Numbered from the stretch's first letter, positions 36,281 to 46,807 are shown. The stretch is DNA of 64,000 nt from Anaerolineaceae bacterium (GCA_018056725.1 JAGPFF010000001.1:26034-90033), one strand, 5' to 3'. A program made the numbers and translations. Notes: generated by a model from the sequence alone, not told the origin.

Positions 36281-37726
36281 TTAAAAAGGTCCGAGCTGGA
36301 TGACCGTGCCAATCCACAGAAAGAGGGCAACGAGCGGGAAAATGACCAGCCACAGGCGGGCAGTGAAGCGCATCCATTTGCCATAGGTCACCGCAGCGAG
36401 CCCCAGGCTGATGAGCAGCACAGCATTGGTGGGGTATGCCAGATTCGTGAAACCATCACCGAAGCAGTAGGCGGTTACGGTAAGCTGCCGGGTGACCCCC
36501 ACCATGTCCGCGATGGGAAGAAGAATGGGCATCATCAGCACTGCCTTCGCCCCGGCGGAGGTAACGAAGAATTCCACCAGTAATGCCAGGAAGAAGATGA
36601 TCAAAACCGCCGAAAGGGGGGTCGTACCCTGCAGGAGTGAGCTGGTATTATGCAGCAAAGTATCGATCACTTTACCGCTGGCAATGATCTGCTTGGTGCT
36701 GGCTGCCATCAGAATGAGGGGAATGCCGGGAGCGAGACCGATCATGCCTTCCTTGAGCGCCTTGCCAATCTGACCAACACCGCAACCGGAAACAAAACCA
36801 CTCACCAGACCGCCGACGAAAAAGAGCAGACCGACAATCGGCAGGGTGTAATCGGAAAGACCGGGGAGGAAGGGACCTGCAAAAAGGACGGCTACAATGA
36901 GGATCAGGAATATGCCAAACACCAGGGTAGCCTTCCCCGTGCGCGGGTTGGTTGTAGCCGAAAGATCGAGCTGTTTGTACTTTGCTTCTGCCGCCTGTGT
37001 TTCTTGATAAACATAAGAAGCAGCGGGATTGCGGTCAATACGGCGGGCATAGGTAAGCAGGAACCAGGCTAGAACAGCATAGAAAACGAGGAAAACGGGA
37101 ATCCGGAAAAGCGCACCGGAAAAGAGGGGCAAATCGGCAAGTTTTTGGGCAACCCCGATGGTAAAGGGGTTGGTGATGGCAGCGGAAAAACCGATATTGG
37201 TTGCCAGCACACTCATCCCCAACCCAACCAGTGGGTCCCATCCGAGTGAAACTGCAAGAGCGATCATCAGGGGAACGAGGGGAATAATTTCTTCGAGGAT
37301 GCCAAAAAAACCGCCAAGGAGCATAAAAAAGAGCGATACGATCAGCAGCAAGGTGTACCGTTTTGAGCGAAACCGGTTGACGATTTTAGCTAAAACAGCA
37401 TTGATAATGCCGGATTTTTCGAGAACGGCAAATGAGCCGCTGACAAGCAAAATAAACACGATGATGGTAATGATGATGAGATTGCCCTCCGACCATAACA
37501 CCTCGACCGGGGCAGTGAACCAGCGCCAAATGGGATAATCAGGGCGGCTAATGGTGGTGTACGAAGCAGGATCAATCAAAGTGCGCCCGTTGGATTCGTA
37601 ACGCTGATACTCCCCTGCCGGGAGGACAAGGGTGAGAATCCCAGCAAGGATCATTAACGCCAGCAGGATGAGTGCAGATTGCAGAAAAGCCCGTTTACCA
37701 ATTTGCGCGCCAGCTTTTTGTTCCAT
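36281..37726 (-). CDS. YfcC/DcuC-like anion or amino-acid carrier (polytopic membrane protein)
   Basis: About 480 aa from MEQKAGAQIGKRAF (RBS AAAGGAG). More than 10 hydrophobic spans. Overall similarity to the YfcC family judged by eye. Confidence 0.6.
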   Translation of the reverse strand: MEQKAGAQIGKRAFLQSALILLALMILAGILTLVLPAGEYQRYESNGRTLIDPASYTTISRPDYPIWRWFTAPVEVLWSEGNLIIITIIVFILLVSGSFAVLEKSGIINAVLAKIVNRFRSKRYTLLLIVSLFFMLLGGFFGILEEIIPLVPLMIALAVSLGWDPLVGLGMSVLATNIGFSAAITNPFTIGVAQKLADLPLFSGALFRIPVFLVFYAVLAWFLLTYARRIDRNPAASYVYQETQAAEAKYKQLDLSATTNPRTGKATLVFGIFLILIVAVLFAGPFLPGLSDYTLPIVGLLFFVGGLVSGFVSGCGVGQIGKALKEGMIGLAPGIPLILMAASTKQIIASGKVIDTLLHNTSSLLQGTTPLSAVLIIFFLALLVEFFVTSAGAKAVLMMPILLPIADMVGVTRQLTVTAYCFGDGFTNLAYPTNAVLLISLGLAAVTYGKWMRFTARLWLVIFPLVALFLWIGTVIQLGPF

Positions 37727-37842
37727 GAAAGCTCCTTTTTTGTAATGAACACCAATTAGTGTAGAACGTGACGGAGGGGATGTCAAATGGTTTTTTGTGA
37801 TCGATTCCTACGGAAACGAAGAGAGACTGGTATCATTGGGGA

Positions 37843-38586
37843 ATGGCTGCCGATGGCAAAGGACATGTTAAAGCGGTAACGATAATTGACGGGCGCCGGA
37901 TCCCCTACCAGATCATCGTTTCACCGCGGGCAAGGAGGCTGAGAGTAACGGTGACCCCTACGGGGGTGTCGGTGATACTGCCTGAAGGAGTGCGACTGGC
38001 GGAAGCGGAACAGATGCTGCAGCAGCATTCAGAATGGGTGCTTAAACAGCTGGATCATCCAGCCGGGGTAAAACAACGTGCCGCCACTTTGCCGAAGGAT
38101 GTCCTGTTGTTGCGCGGCGAAGTAAAAAAAGTGGAGATTCTCGCGCAAAAGGGAAGGCAGGGACGGATGCAGGTGGTGGAGGCAGATGACCGGCTGTTGC
38201 TGCGGGTGCCGGAGGGAAGGGCACAGGAGGGGCGTGCCCTGGCGCTGCCCTGGCTGCGGGGGCTCGCCCGGGCGGAGATTGAAAAAACCGCCAGGCAACG
38301 GGCAGCCCAGATGAAGGTGAACTACCGTTCCATCACGATTCGTGATCAGAAGACACGTTGGGGAAGCTGTTCGAACCGGGGAACGCTTTCTTTCAACTGG
38401 CGGCTGATCATGGCGCCGCCGCAGGTTTTGGATTATGTGGTGGTTCACGAATTGGCTCATTTACAGCAACCCGATCACTCAAAAGATTTCTGGCGGCTGG
38501 TGGAACACTATTTTCCTGAGTACAAGAAAGCACGAGCCTGGCTGCGCAGCAATGCTCATCTATTGCGACCCGATGACCTCACTTGA
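37843..38586 (+). CDS. YgjP-like (DUF45, M48-related) metal-dependent hydrolase
   Basis: 247 aa. RWGSCS followed by YVVVHELAHLQQPDHSKDFW. Confidence 0.8.
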   Translation: MAADGKGHVKAVTIIDGRRIPYQIIVSPRARRLRVTVTPTGVSVILPEGVRLAEAEQMLQQHSEWVLKQLDHPAGVKQRAATLPKDVLLLRGEVKKVEILAQKGRQGRMQVVEADDRLLLRVPEGRAQEGRALALPWLRGLARAEIEKTARQRAAQMKVNYRSITIRDQKTRWGSCSNRGTLSFNWRLIMAPPQVLDYVVVHELAHLQQPDHSKDFWRLVEHYFPEYKKARAWLRSNAHLLRPDDLT

Positions 38587-38616
38587 ACGAGTGAAACAGG
38601 TATAATAGAAGCAGCT

Positions 38617-39636
38617 ATGGAGTTTACGCACTGCACCGATTTTTCCTACGACATTGCAACAGAGTGGAACGACCTGCTGACCGTGAGCGCTACCCACGTG
38701 CCATTTTTACGCTATGAATATCTGGCAGAGTGGTGGTCAACTCGCGGGGGTGGTGAATGGCCGGATGATGCCGAGCTGGTTATCCTCATCGCCCGCGAGG
38801 ACGGGAAATTGATTGGCATCGCGCCTTTATTCATCGCAGAACATGAAGATGAAAAGAAACTATTGCTGCTGGGGAGCATTGAAATCAGCGATTATCTCGA
38901 TTTCATCTGCCGAGAAGAGGATCTGGAGCGTTTTTGTCGCGAGTTGTTGGCTTATCTCCGAGTCAATTTTATTGAAAACGGTAAAGCCACGAGCCTGGAT
39001 CTTTACAATGTGCTTGAGGATTCACCCACGTTGAAGATTCTGGAATCTGTGTCCAAACAGCTGGATCTGCATTACACTGACCACAAGCTGGAGCATTCCC
39101 CGTATATTCCCCTGCCGGCGGATTGGGAAACCTACCTGAATGGGCTGGACAAGAAACAGCGCCATGAGATTCGCCGCAAAATGAGGCGCGCCGGCGAAGG
39201 CGAAACAAAGGCGGAAGTTTACATCACCGAAGATGCCAATAAGCTGGAAGACGACATGGATGACTTTTTGGAGCTGATGGCACAGGATGAAAAAAAGGAA
39301 GAGTTTCTTTCCCCCCTGATGCGCGTGCAGCTTAAACAAATCATGCGCTGCTCCTTCAAAGAAGATTGCCTGCAACTCTCCTTCCTGATCATCGACGGTC
39401 AAAAAGCCGCGGCATATCTGAGTTTCGATTATCTCGACCGGATTTGGGTCTACAACTCAGGATTGGACCGGCGCTATATGGCTTATTCGCCGGGCTGGGT
39501 GCTGCTGGGACATTTATTGCAGCGCTCCATCGAGGCTGGAAAAAAGGAATTTGACTTTATGCGCGGCGATGAGGAATACAAGTACAAGTTCGGGGCGGTC
39601 GACCGTTTCATTTTGCGCGCACGCATTGAATTTTGA
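38617..39636 (+). CDS. GNAT-fold protein of the CelD/BioF2-like (FemAB-related) acetyltransferase family
   Basis: 339 aa. C-terminal FDFMRGDEEYKYKFGA is typical of this family. Confidence 0.6.
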   Translation: MEFTHCTDFSYDIATEWNDLLTVSATHVPFLRYEYLAEWWSTRGGGEWPDDAELVILIAREDGKLIGIAPLFIAEHEDEKKLLLLGSIEISDYLDFICREEDLERFCRELLAYLRVNFIENGKATSLDLYNVLEDSPTLKILESVSKQLDLHYTDHKLEHSPYIPLPADWETYLNGLDKKQRHEIRRKMRRAGEGETKAEVYITEDANKLEDDMDDFLELMAQDEKKEEFLSPLMRVQLKQIMRCSFKEDCLQLSFLIIDGQKAAAYLSFDYLDRIWVYNSGLDRRYMAYSPGWVLLGHLLQRSIEAGKKEFDFMRGDEEYKYKFGAVDRFILRARIEF

Positions 39637-39655
39637 TCTTATTAATCAACAATAA

Positions 39656-39690
39656 ACGGAGGCGAATTGTGAACAGCCTCCGTTTTTTGT
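39656..39690. terminator. Terminator hairpin between convergent genes
   Basis: ACGGAGGC gaattgtgaaca GCCTCCGT followed by TTTTTG. Confidence 0.75.
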
Positions 39691-39697
39691 TGTTGTC

Positions 39698-41176
39698 TTA
39701 TTGATCCTGAGAGGACCAACGCTGAATCAGGCGATAGAAGAAGAGCACGAGGTGGTTCATGTTTTCCAGCGAAAGCCGTTCATTAATGCCATGTATGCGC
39801 TCAAGGTCTTCCTTATGGACCAAGATGGGCGTAAAGCGATAGACACGGTCAGAGATGGCATGATAGTGGCGTGAATCGGTAGCGCCGAGCATGGCATTCG
39901 GAGCGCAGGTGGTGTCAGGGAAAAGATCCCGCACGACTGTGGTAAGGTGCTGATAAGCGCTGCAGTCGGAAGGGGAGACGGGAGAGGGCTCCCAGGCATT
40001 ATTGGGGAGGGGAGCGAAACTGACGCGATCATCGTTGACCACAGCCCGCACCCGGTCACAGACAGAGCTGACGGATTCACCCGGGAGGATGCGGAAGTTC
40101 ACCACTGCTTCAGCCAGGCTGGGCAGTACATTATCTTTGATGCCACTGTGGAAAATCGTTGGCGCGGTAGTAGTGTGGATGCTGGCAGCCGTTTCGGAGG
40201 ATGCAGCCAACTGTCGGCGCACCATTGGACCAAAGAGCCAGAGATTGGCAAATGCGACCTTCATCATCGTCGATTCCGCCGGACTGAAAGCCTTGAACAT
40301 GGGCAGAGCCACCTTGAGGCGATAGGGGAAAGGATTGGATTGCAGGCGATCAATGGCGCGGGAGAGAACGCCAATGGCTGTTTCGGAGGACGGGGTAGAG
40401 GAATGACCACCGGTGGATTCAACGCTGAATTTGAGCGACAGGTAGCCCTTTTCAGTGACAGCAATGGGGGCAGTGCGACCGGAAAAACCAGGAAGGACAC
40501 CTTCCAGCACATAGGTACCTTCATCCAGAACAGCATGGAGGCGGATGTTCTGCTGCTGGAGACGGGCAACGATACGGCGGGCACCAAAACCGAGCACTTC
40601 TTCATCATGGCTGAAGGCAAGAAATACCGTCCGTAATGGCTGAAAGCCCGCGGAAAGCAAGTTCTCCACTGCATCAAGGATGGCAATTAATTGACACTTG
40701 ATGTCCATGCTGCCGCGACCCCAAATAAAGCCATCGGCAATCGCCCCTGAAAAAGGCGGGTAAGTCCACTTGTTGAGCGTATGCTCATCCGCGGGGACGA
40801 CATCCTGGTGCGCCATGAAAAGCACGGGCTCAAGGGAAGGATCCTTACCTGACCAGGTATAGAGCAGGCTGCCGCCTTCGAGTTCTTCACATTGCAAGCG
40901 TTGATGAAGGAGGGGATATTCCTGGCGGAAGAGTTGATGCAAAACCGCAAAATTTTCAGGCTGATCCTGCGCCGCATTTTCATGGGAGACGGTTTGTACC
41001 TGGATGGCAGCGGAAAGATGTTGCGCAGCGAGCATGGGATCCAGCCGGGGGTCGGGGAGTTGCGCTGGAAAGGGGAGTGAAGCTGCGGCAGCAGTGCGCG
41101 AAAACTGCCAGGTGCGCACGGCGATGACGACAAGAACGAGAAAGATCACAACGAGCAGGGCAAGGACAATTTCCAT
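39698..41176 (-). CDS. M20 family metallopeptidase (carboxypeptidase S-like) with N-terminal membrane anchor
   Basis: About 492 aa from MEIVLALLVVIF. Contains MAHQDVVP, GRGSMDIKCQ, SHDEEV and TDSRHY. Confidence 0.8.
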   Translation of the reverse strand: MEIVLALLVVIFLVLVVIAVRTWQFSRTAAAASLPFPAQLPDPRLDPMLAAQHLSAAIQVQTVSHENAAQDQPENFAVLHQLFRQEYPLLHQRLQCEELEGGSLLYTWSGKDPSLEPVLFMAHQDVVPADEHTLNKWTYPPFSGAIADGFIWGRGSMDIKCQLIAILDAVENLLSAGFQPLRTVFLAFSHDEEVLGFGARRIVARLQQQNIRLHAVLDEGTYVLEGVLPGFSGRTAPIAVTEKGYLSLKFSVESTGGHSSTPSSETAIGVLSRAIDRLQSNPFPYRLKVALPMFKAFSPAESTMMKVAFANLWLFGPMVRRQLAASSETAASIHTTTAPTIFHSGIKDNVLPSLAEAVVNFRILPGESVSSVCDRVRAVVNDDRVSFAPLPNNAWEPSPVSPSDCSAYQHLTTVVRDLFPDTTCAPNAMLGATDSRHYHAISDRVYRFTPILVHKEDLERIHGINERLSLENMNHLVLFFYRLIQRWSSQDQ

Positions 41177-41307
41177 TTTGACCTCAACAAAAAAAAGGCA
41201 GATGACAGGAATGGGTAAGTACAATTATAAAGCCGTGGTGAAAAGAAAACCCGGTGCAGGCGCACAACGACAGCCCAGACCGGGTATGGCTTGACGCTAA
41301 GGGAGAA

Positions 41308-41748
41308 TTACAACTCGATTTCGCCGCCGAGAAGGTAATTTTCCAATCCCTTAATCAATGTGTCTTTATCCTGCAAGAGCGATTTAACAACATCACCGAT
41401 AGAGATCACACCTACCACTTTCCCTTCCTGCATCACCGGCAGGTGGCGGATGCGTTTATCTGACATTTGCGCCATACAGGTTTCCACCGATTGTTCGGGA
41501 GTAACATAATACACTTTATCGGTCATCACTTTCTTTACCGCTGTGTGCTCATTGTTCCCCTGCAGGATGCCGCGCCGGGCGTAATCACGTTCGGAAAAGA
41601 TGCCCACTACCTTCTCTCCGTCCATCACCAACACGGAGCCGATCTGCTTCTCGCACATCAATTTGATGCAGTCGACAAGAGTGGTGTCTGGAGAGACCCC
41701 ATAAACTTTGTTCCCTTTCTCTTTGAGGATCGAAGCAACCGTCGCCAT
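41308..41748 (-). CDS. CBS-pair domain protein
   Basis: 146 aa with two CBS repeats (IGSVLVMDGEKVVGIFSERD; IRHLPVMQEGKVVGVISIGD). Confidence 0.85.
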   Translation of the reverse strand: MATVASILKEKGNKVYGVSPDTTLVDCIKLMCEKQIGSVLVMDGEKVVGIFSERDYARRGILQGNNEHTAVKKVMTDKVYYVTPEQSVETCMAQMSDKRIRHLPVMQEGKVVGVISIGDVVKSLLQDKDTLIKGLENYLLGGEIEL

Positions 41749-41882
41749 TTTTACCTCCTTGAAGAATGAATCGAATTGTTCGTAAAATAATCATATCCTA
41801 ATCTGGAGGAATTATCAACCAGACCGGGAGGCGCAGACAACCGAAAGGTAAACCGGGCAGTTAATCTGTTAGAATTTCTGTT

Positions 41883-43274
41883 ATGAAACTAAAAATGAAA
41901 CAGATAATCCTGGTCAGCTTGCCGGTCATTGGGTTTCTGCTGGGGTATCTTTTGATGGGGCGCGATGTCACGGCGAGGATTGATGGTCAGCCCGTCACCC
42001 TCCACACGCGGGCGCTGAGAGTTGAAGGGGCGCTCCGTTCCGCAGGGATCGAAATTGCCGCGGGAGATGAGGTATCTCCTGCAGCGCAAAGCTGGCTTTC
42101 AAAAACGGATACCATTGAAGTAAACCATACCCGTAAGGTGAGCATTCGGGTAGAACCGGAAGGGGATTTAATCACCCTTCAGAGCTCCTCCAACTCAACG
42201 AAGGAAATCCTCGCCGGGGCAGGGCTGGCGGTTAACGCCTCAGACCGGGTGTTGCTGGAGGGCGCTGAGGTCAGCCTTAATGCCTCTCTCCCCACCACAT
42301 CGGATCTGGTACTGCAGTATTTTCCTGCCCACGAATTATTGATCTACCTGGATGGGGAAGAAGTGCAGCTGACCACATCTGCTACAGACTTGGGAAGCGC
42401 ATTGAGAGAAGCGGGGATTTCTGTCCGCGCAGGGGATGGTCTTTCGATTCCTTTTGAGGCACCTTTAACTGAAGATTCACAGGTGGATGTGGTTTACGGT
42501 CGACCGTTGACGATTCAGGTGGACGGCATGGAGGTGAAGGGCTACAGCGCAGCCGAAACCGTTGGAGAAGCGCTTTCCGATGCCGGTATCAGCCTGGAGG
42601 ATCTGGATTACTCTACTCCGGGAGCTGAAGAAGCCATCCCGCAGGATGGTGCTATCCGGGTGGTGCGGGTGATGGAAGAGCTGGTTCTGGAACAGACAGC
42701 CCTGCCCTATGAGACGCAGGAAGTGCCAGACGCCAGCATGGAAATCAATACCCGCAAAGTCGTGCAGGAAGGGGCTGCCGGGATTAAAGCGGTTCGGGTA
42801 CGGGTGCGTTACGAAGACGGAGTGGAGACTTCACGCATCGAAGAAGGCGAGGTGGTAATCGCTGAAGCCCAGCCAAGGATAGTAAATTTTGGGACAAAAA
42901 TTGTCGATCTGGTGGCGGATACGCCGGACGGTCCGATTACCTATTACATGTCAGCGACAGTTGTTGCCACTTCTTATTCGCCCTGCCGGTCAGGTGTGGC
43001 GGGCAAATGTTACACCGGTACCTCGCTCGGGTTGCCAGTTCAGAAGGGGGTTATCGGTGTGAACCGAGCCTGGTATAACCTGTTTAAAGGGAGCAAGATT
43101 TACGTGCCAGGGTACGGTGTTGGGGTGATTGCGGATATTGGTTATTACCCCTACACGAACTACTGGATTGACCTTGGATATTCCGATGCTGATTTTCAAT
43201 CCTGGGGAGCGACGAGCGTGACCATCTATTTCCTTTCGCCTGCGCCGCCAGGCTTCAATGGAGTGCTGCCATAA
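41883..43274 (+). CDS. YabE-like cell-wall protein (DUF348 repeats, G5 domain, 3D/RlpA-like domain)
   Basis: 463 aa. N-terminal anchor, three DUF348-like repeats, G5 (ETQEVPDASMEINTRKVVQEGAAGIKAV) and a C-terminal 3D domain (YVPGYGVGVIADIG). Followed by rsmA, as in the Bacillus yabE-ksgA neighbourhood. Confidence 0.75.
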   Translation: MKLKMKQIILVSLPVIGFLLGYLLMGRDVTARIDGQPVTLHTRALRVEGALRSAGIEIAAGDEVSPAAQSWLSKTDTIEVNHTRKVSIRVEPEGDLITLQSSSNSTKEILAGAGLAVNASDRVLLEGAEVSLNASLPTTSDLVLQYFPAHELLIYLDGEEVQLTTSATDLGSALREAGISVRAGDGLSIPFEAPLTEDSQVDVVYGRPLTIQVDGMEVKGYSAAETVGEALSDAGISLEDLDYSTPGAEEAIPQDGAIRVVRVMEELVLEQTALPYETQEVPDASMEINTRKVVQEGAAGIKAVRVRVRYEDGVETSRIEEGEVVIAEAQPRIVNFGTKIVDLVADTPDGPITYYMSATVVATSYSPCRSGVAGKCYTGTSLGLPVQKGVIGVNRAWYNLFKGSKIYVPGYGVGVIADIGYYPYTNYWIDLGYSDADFQSWGATSVTIYFLSPAPPGFNGVLP

Positions 43275-43285
43275 CGGATACCGCT

Positions 43286-44155
43286 GTGAACGTTCAGGCT
43301 CTCTTGAAACGCCATCATTTAGACCCGCGCAAGGGGTTGGGGCAAAATTTTCTGGTCGACCAGGACGCGTTAAAAAGGATTGTGCAGCAGGCTGGCGTGA
43401 CCCGCGAAGATTGCGTGCTCGAAATCGGCGCCGGTTTGGGCAGCCTGACCAAGCTGCTGGCGGAAGCCGCCGGGGAGGTCAAAGCTGTGGAAATTGATGG
43501 GCGGCTCATCCCGGTGCTGCAGGAAGTGGTAAGTGGATATTCGAATGTTGAAATTATCCAGGGCGACATTCTGGCGATGGACGCAGGGAAGCTTGCCGGC
43601 AGAGCCGGTTATGGGGTGGTGGCGAATATACCCTATTACATTACTTCAGCCATTATTCGCCATCTGCTTGAAAATCCAATCAAACCGGGATGGATGGTGT
43701 TAACGATGCAGCGCGAGGTTGCAGAACGGATTTGCGCAGAGGCGGGAGATCTTTCATTACTGGCGTTGAGCGTGCAGGTGTACGGCACACCAAAAATTTT
43801 AGGCATCATTCCCGCGCAGGCGTTCTACCCGGTGCCGGGGGTGGATTCAGCCACACTGCGAGTTGATCTGTATTCACAATCGATTTTTACGGATGAACAG
43901 CGCAGCCGTTTCTTTACCCTCATCCGGATGGCATTCGCGCAAAAAAGAAAAATGTTGCGCAACAATCTGGCGGCTGGTTTGCATCTTTCCACGCAACAAG
44001 TTTCAGGTTATCTCACCGCAGCGGGGATTGATCCGGAACGACGCGCGCAGACACTAAACCTGGTGGAATGGAAAACACTGGTGAATGAGTTGGGGGAGCT
44101 GATCCCGGCTGAACGTAGCGTGGGAGTTAAGAACGTGGAACAGCGAGCGGCTTAA
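43286..44155 (+). CDS. rsmA: 16S rRNA (adenine1518/1519-N6)-dimethyltransferase
   Basis: 289 aa with a GTG start. Contains GQNFLVD, VLEIGAGLGSLT and ANIPYYITS. Confidence 0.9.
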   Translation: MNVQALLKRHHLDPRKGLGQNFLVDQDALKRIVQQAGVTREDCVLEIGAGLGSLTKLLAEAAGEVKAVEIDGRLIPVLQEVVSGYSNVEIIQGDILAMDAGKLAGRAGYGVVANIPYYITSAIIRHLLENPIKPGWMVLTMQREVAERICAEAGDLSLLALSVQVYGTPKILGIIPAQAFYPVPGVDSATLRVDLYSQSIFTDEQRSRFFTLIRMAFAQKRKMLRNNLAAGLHLSTQQVSGYLTAAGIDPERRAQTLNLVEWKTLVNELGELIPAERSVGVKNVEQRAA

Positions 44156-44867
44156 GATCGCGGTAGCGAGACAGCAATCCCCATACCCCCACAGCAGCTT
44201 CCACCTGAATGGAAAGATTCATCTTGGATTGTCCGAGTTGACGCTCAGCGAAATAAATAGGCACTTCGCAAATATGAAAGCCGAGCCGGGTGGTAACGTA
44301 CGCCATTTCCACCTGGAAGACATAACCGTTTGAACGCACCCGTTCCCACGGAATGGCAGCAAGGGTCTCACGCCGCCACATGCGGTAGCCGCCGGTGATA
44401 TCTTTGACAGGCATACCGAGAATGGTACGGGCATAAACGTTGCCAAAGCTTGAAAGACCTTTGCGCCAGGCGGGCCAGTTACGGTCAAGGCTGCCACCGG
44501 GAATGTACCGGGAACCAAAGACTACATCGCAACGGGGTATAGCATCGTAAAAATCCAAAATTTTTTCAGGGGGATGGGAAAAATCAGCATCCATCTGAAC
44601 AATATAATCCGTATTGGCAGCCAGAAGGTGCTTGAAGCCGGTAACGTACGCGCTGCCCAGCCCAAGCTTACCAGACCGGTGAATGACGTTCACCTGACCA
44701 GGGTGTTGAAGCGCCAGTTCCTCGGCAATGGCACCGGTGCCATCCGGGCTGTTGTCATCTATGATCAGCAGAGAGAGATTCGGTAGGGGTAACGTGAACA
44801 ATCGCTCTGCCAGCAGGGGCAGGTTTTCTTTTTCGTTATAGGTCGGAATGATGACGCCAATGCTCAT
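44127..44867 (-). CDS. GT2 polyprenol-phosphate mannosyl/glycosyltransferase (Dpm1/Ppm1-like)
   Basis: About 246 aa from MSIGVIIPTYNE (RBS GGAG). Contains IIDDNSPDGT and QMDADFSHPP. The 3' end overlaps rsmA by 29 nt (convergent). Confidence 0.8.
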   Translation of the reverse strand: MSIGVIIPTYNEKENLPLLAERLFTLPLPNLSLLIIDDNSPDGTGAIAEELALQHPGQVNVIHRSGKLGLGSAYVTGFKHLLAANTDYIVQMDADFSHPPEKILDFYDAIPRCDVVFGSRYIPGGSLDRNWPAWRKGLSSFGNVYARTILGMPVKDITGGYRMWRRETLAAIPWERVRSNGYVFQVEMAYVTTRLGFHICEVPIYFAERQLGQSKMNLSIQVEAAVGVWGLLSRYRDLKPLAVPRS

Positions 44868-44962
44868 TGCAGCTCCGTATGAATCCTCCGGATATTCTAC
44901 CAGCGGATGTGAAAAAAGGTCAGATGGATTCAAACTGAATTTGGAGGGAAGAAGAGCTGAAA

Positions 44963-45355
44963 TCAGGTAGTGTGGAGAGAGCCATTCAGCAATTGAGCCA
45001 GATCCTCCGCAGTCTTGCGTAATTCCAGAAAGAGGATGCCAAGTTTGGCTTCTGGTTTGACGAGCGTGGTGAGGACAGCGGATTGACCCACTGCAAGTAG
45101 GACGACATAGCCATTGGCGCCGCGGGTGTACAACTGATCCAGTTTACCGAGACCGACTTCTTTGTTGATCTGTTCGCCAAGAGAAAGCATGGCTGCTGAC
45201 ATCGCGGAGATACGATCTTCACTAATCCGTTCAGGGAGGGCGGAGGCAATAAGCAGACCGTCAAGACTGATCACGGCGGCGGCTTCCACTTCGGGAAGTC
45301 CCTGCTGCATGACACGGATGCGGTTGATAAGGGGTTGTGGATTAAGAGCGGACAA
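44963..45355 (-). CDS. Roadblock/LC7 domain protein
   Basis: 130 aa. AAAVISLDGLLIASAL and ANGYVVLLAVG fit the Roadblock/LC7 (MglB-like) fold. Confidence 0.7.
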   Translation of the reverse strand: MSALNPQPLINRIRVMQQGLPEVEAAAVISLDGLLIASALPERISEDRISAMSAAMLSLGEQINKEVGLGKLDQLYTRGANGYVVLLAVGQSAVLTTLVKPEAKLGILFLELRKTAEDLAQLLNGSLHTT

Positions 45356-45443
45356 ACTTCACCTCGAGAGATAACCAATCAACTTTAACACAGGGGTCAG
45401 GGTGTGTCAAGAAAACCAGGCACCGCCTTACCAGAAAGCAAAG

Positions 45444-46331
45444 TCAGCCGCGTTTGAAGACGAGAAGCTGGGCGGAAATGATGGCGGTAAGAATGATAAT
45501 TGCTCCGATCACCTGGACTAGATTCATGGTTTCTTTAAGATAAAGGACACCAGCGATGGCAGCAAATACTGCTTCCAGGCTGAGAATGAGAGCCGCATCA
45601 GCAGGAGGAGCTTTCTTTTGACCAATGGCTTGAAAACTAAAGCCAAGCGCCACAGAAAAGAGCCCGGCATACAGAACGGGCAGCCAGCTGGCACGCAAAG
45701 CAGTAAGGGTGATTGGTTCGATGAAAAAGCTGCAAATCAGGTGGAGGGTTCCACAGACCAGAAATTGACCGACGGAAAACGCCATCACATCCATTTTTCG
45801 CACCGCAAGCCCGACCACGATGACGTGGAAAGCCCAGACGAAAGAACCGGCGAGGAGAAGGAGACTACCTGTGGAAGGGGTTAGCGCTGTGCCGCCAGTA
45901 CTTAACATGTAAGTGCCGATAAGCGCCACCAGTGCTGCCAGCCAGGTATACATTGAAGTTTTTTGACGCCAGAAAATGGCAAGCAGGACAGGGACGAGGA
46001 TGACATAAGTGCCGGTGATGAAACCTGCTGTACTGGCGGAAGTGGAGCCGATGCCCAACTGCTGCAGGGAGCTGGCAACAAAGAGGATTGACCCGGCTAA
46101 AAGCATCCAGGGGAACCCTTGCCGACCTTGAATCAACCGTTTGTAAACAAAGGGCAACAGCACAAGCCCGCCAAGGAGGAAACGGATGCCATTAAATGCG
46201 TTGAAACCTAAATGAAACGAGGCAAGACGCTGTGCGACAAAACCAATCCCCCAGATCACGGCAGCAAGGAGAAGGATCCCATCCGAAGCCAGACGGGAAC
46301 GAAGATTGGTTATTCCAGGCTCTTGATTCAT
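45444..46331 (-). CDS. EamA/DMT superfamily transporter
   Basis: 295 aa with ten hydrophobic spans in two EamA halves. Confidence 0.8.
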   Translation of the reverse strand: MNQEPGITNLRSRLASDGILLLAAVIWGIGFVAQRLASFHLGFNAFNGIRFLLGGLVLLPFVYKRLIQGRQGFPWMLLAGSILFVASSLQQLGIGSTSASTAGFITGTYVILVPVLLAIFWRQKTSMYTWLAALVALIGTYMLSTGGTALTPSTGSLLLLAGSFVWAFHVIVVGLAVRKMDVMAFSVGQFLVCGTLHLICSFFIEPITLTALRASWLPVLYAGLFSVALGFSFQAIGQKKAPPADAALILSLEAVFAAIAGVLYLKETMNLVQVIGAIIILTAIISAQLLVFKRG

Positions 46332-46355
46332 ACTTCTCCCTATTTTACCGGAGAT

Positions 46356-46391
46356 TTAAAAAGCGAAGCGCCTGGCGAATTCGCCAGGCGC
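46356..46391 (-). terminator. Terminator after the 91-aa gene
   Basis: Perfect palindrome GCGCCTGGCG aatt CGCCAGGCGC, then ttcgcTTTTT on the reverse strand. Confidence 0.6.
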
Positions 46392-46407
46392 GCTGAGGTG
46401 AACCGGG

Positions 46408-46683
46408 TTAGCGACCGTGTTTGAATTCCCGTCTGGCGGTATGCATACGCCAGTTGCGGGTAAGCGCCGTTAGATCGGTGCTGAATTTTGCACGCGCCCA
46501 ATCACTGGCAAATTTTTCCGCAGGTAGAGCCATCAATCCAGCATGAAGTTCATCAAAAAGAATCTCGGTAAGATCCTCTTGCTCAATTTGTTCGAGCCAT
46601 CCCTTTTTATCTTCTTCAGGGTAAGGGACCTGCTGTATAAAGTGGACTATTTTTTGTTTTTCATCGCGTATGTTGGCAGGCAT
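46408..46683 (-). CDS. Hypothetical protein (91 aa)
   Basis: Open frame with an upstream RBS-like AAAGGAGG. No family recognised. Confidence 0.45.
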   Translation of the reverse strand: MPANIRDEKQKIVHFIQQVPYPEEDKKGWLEQIEQEDLTEILFDELHAGLMALPAEKFASDWARAKFSTDLTALTRNWRMHTARREFKHGR

Positions 46684-46807
46684 AGTATCCTCCTTTTCTA
46701 TATCCTTTCAACTTTAACCATTGTACATTATTGCACAATCCCTTTGAAAGGTGCAACCTTCTCATGCGATTCTCGTATGATTAACAACGCGAACATAGGA
46801 GAAAAAA

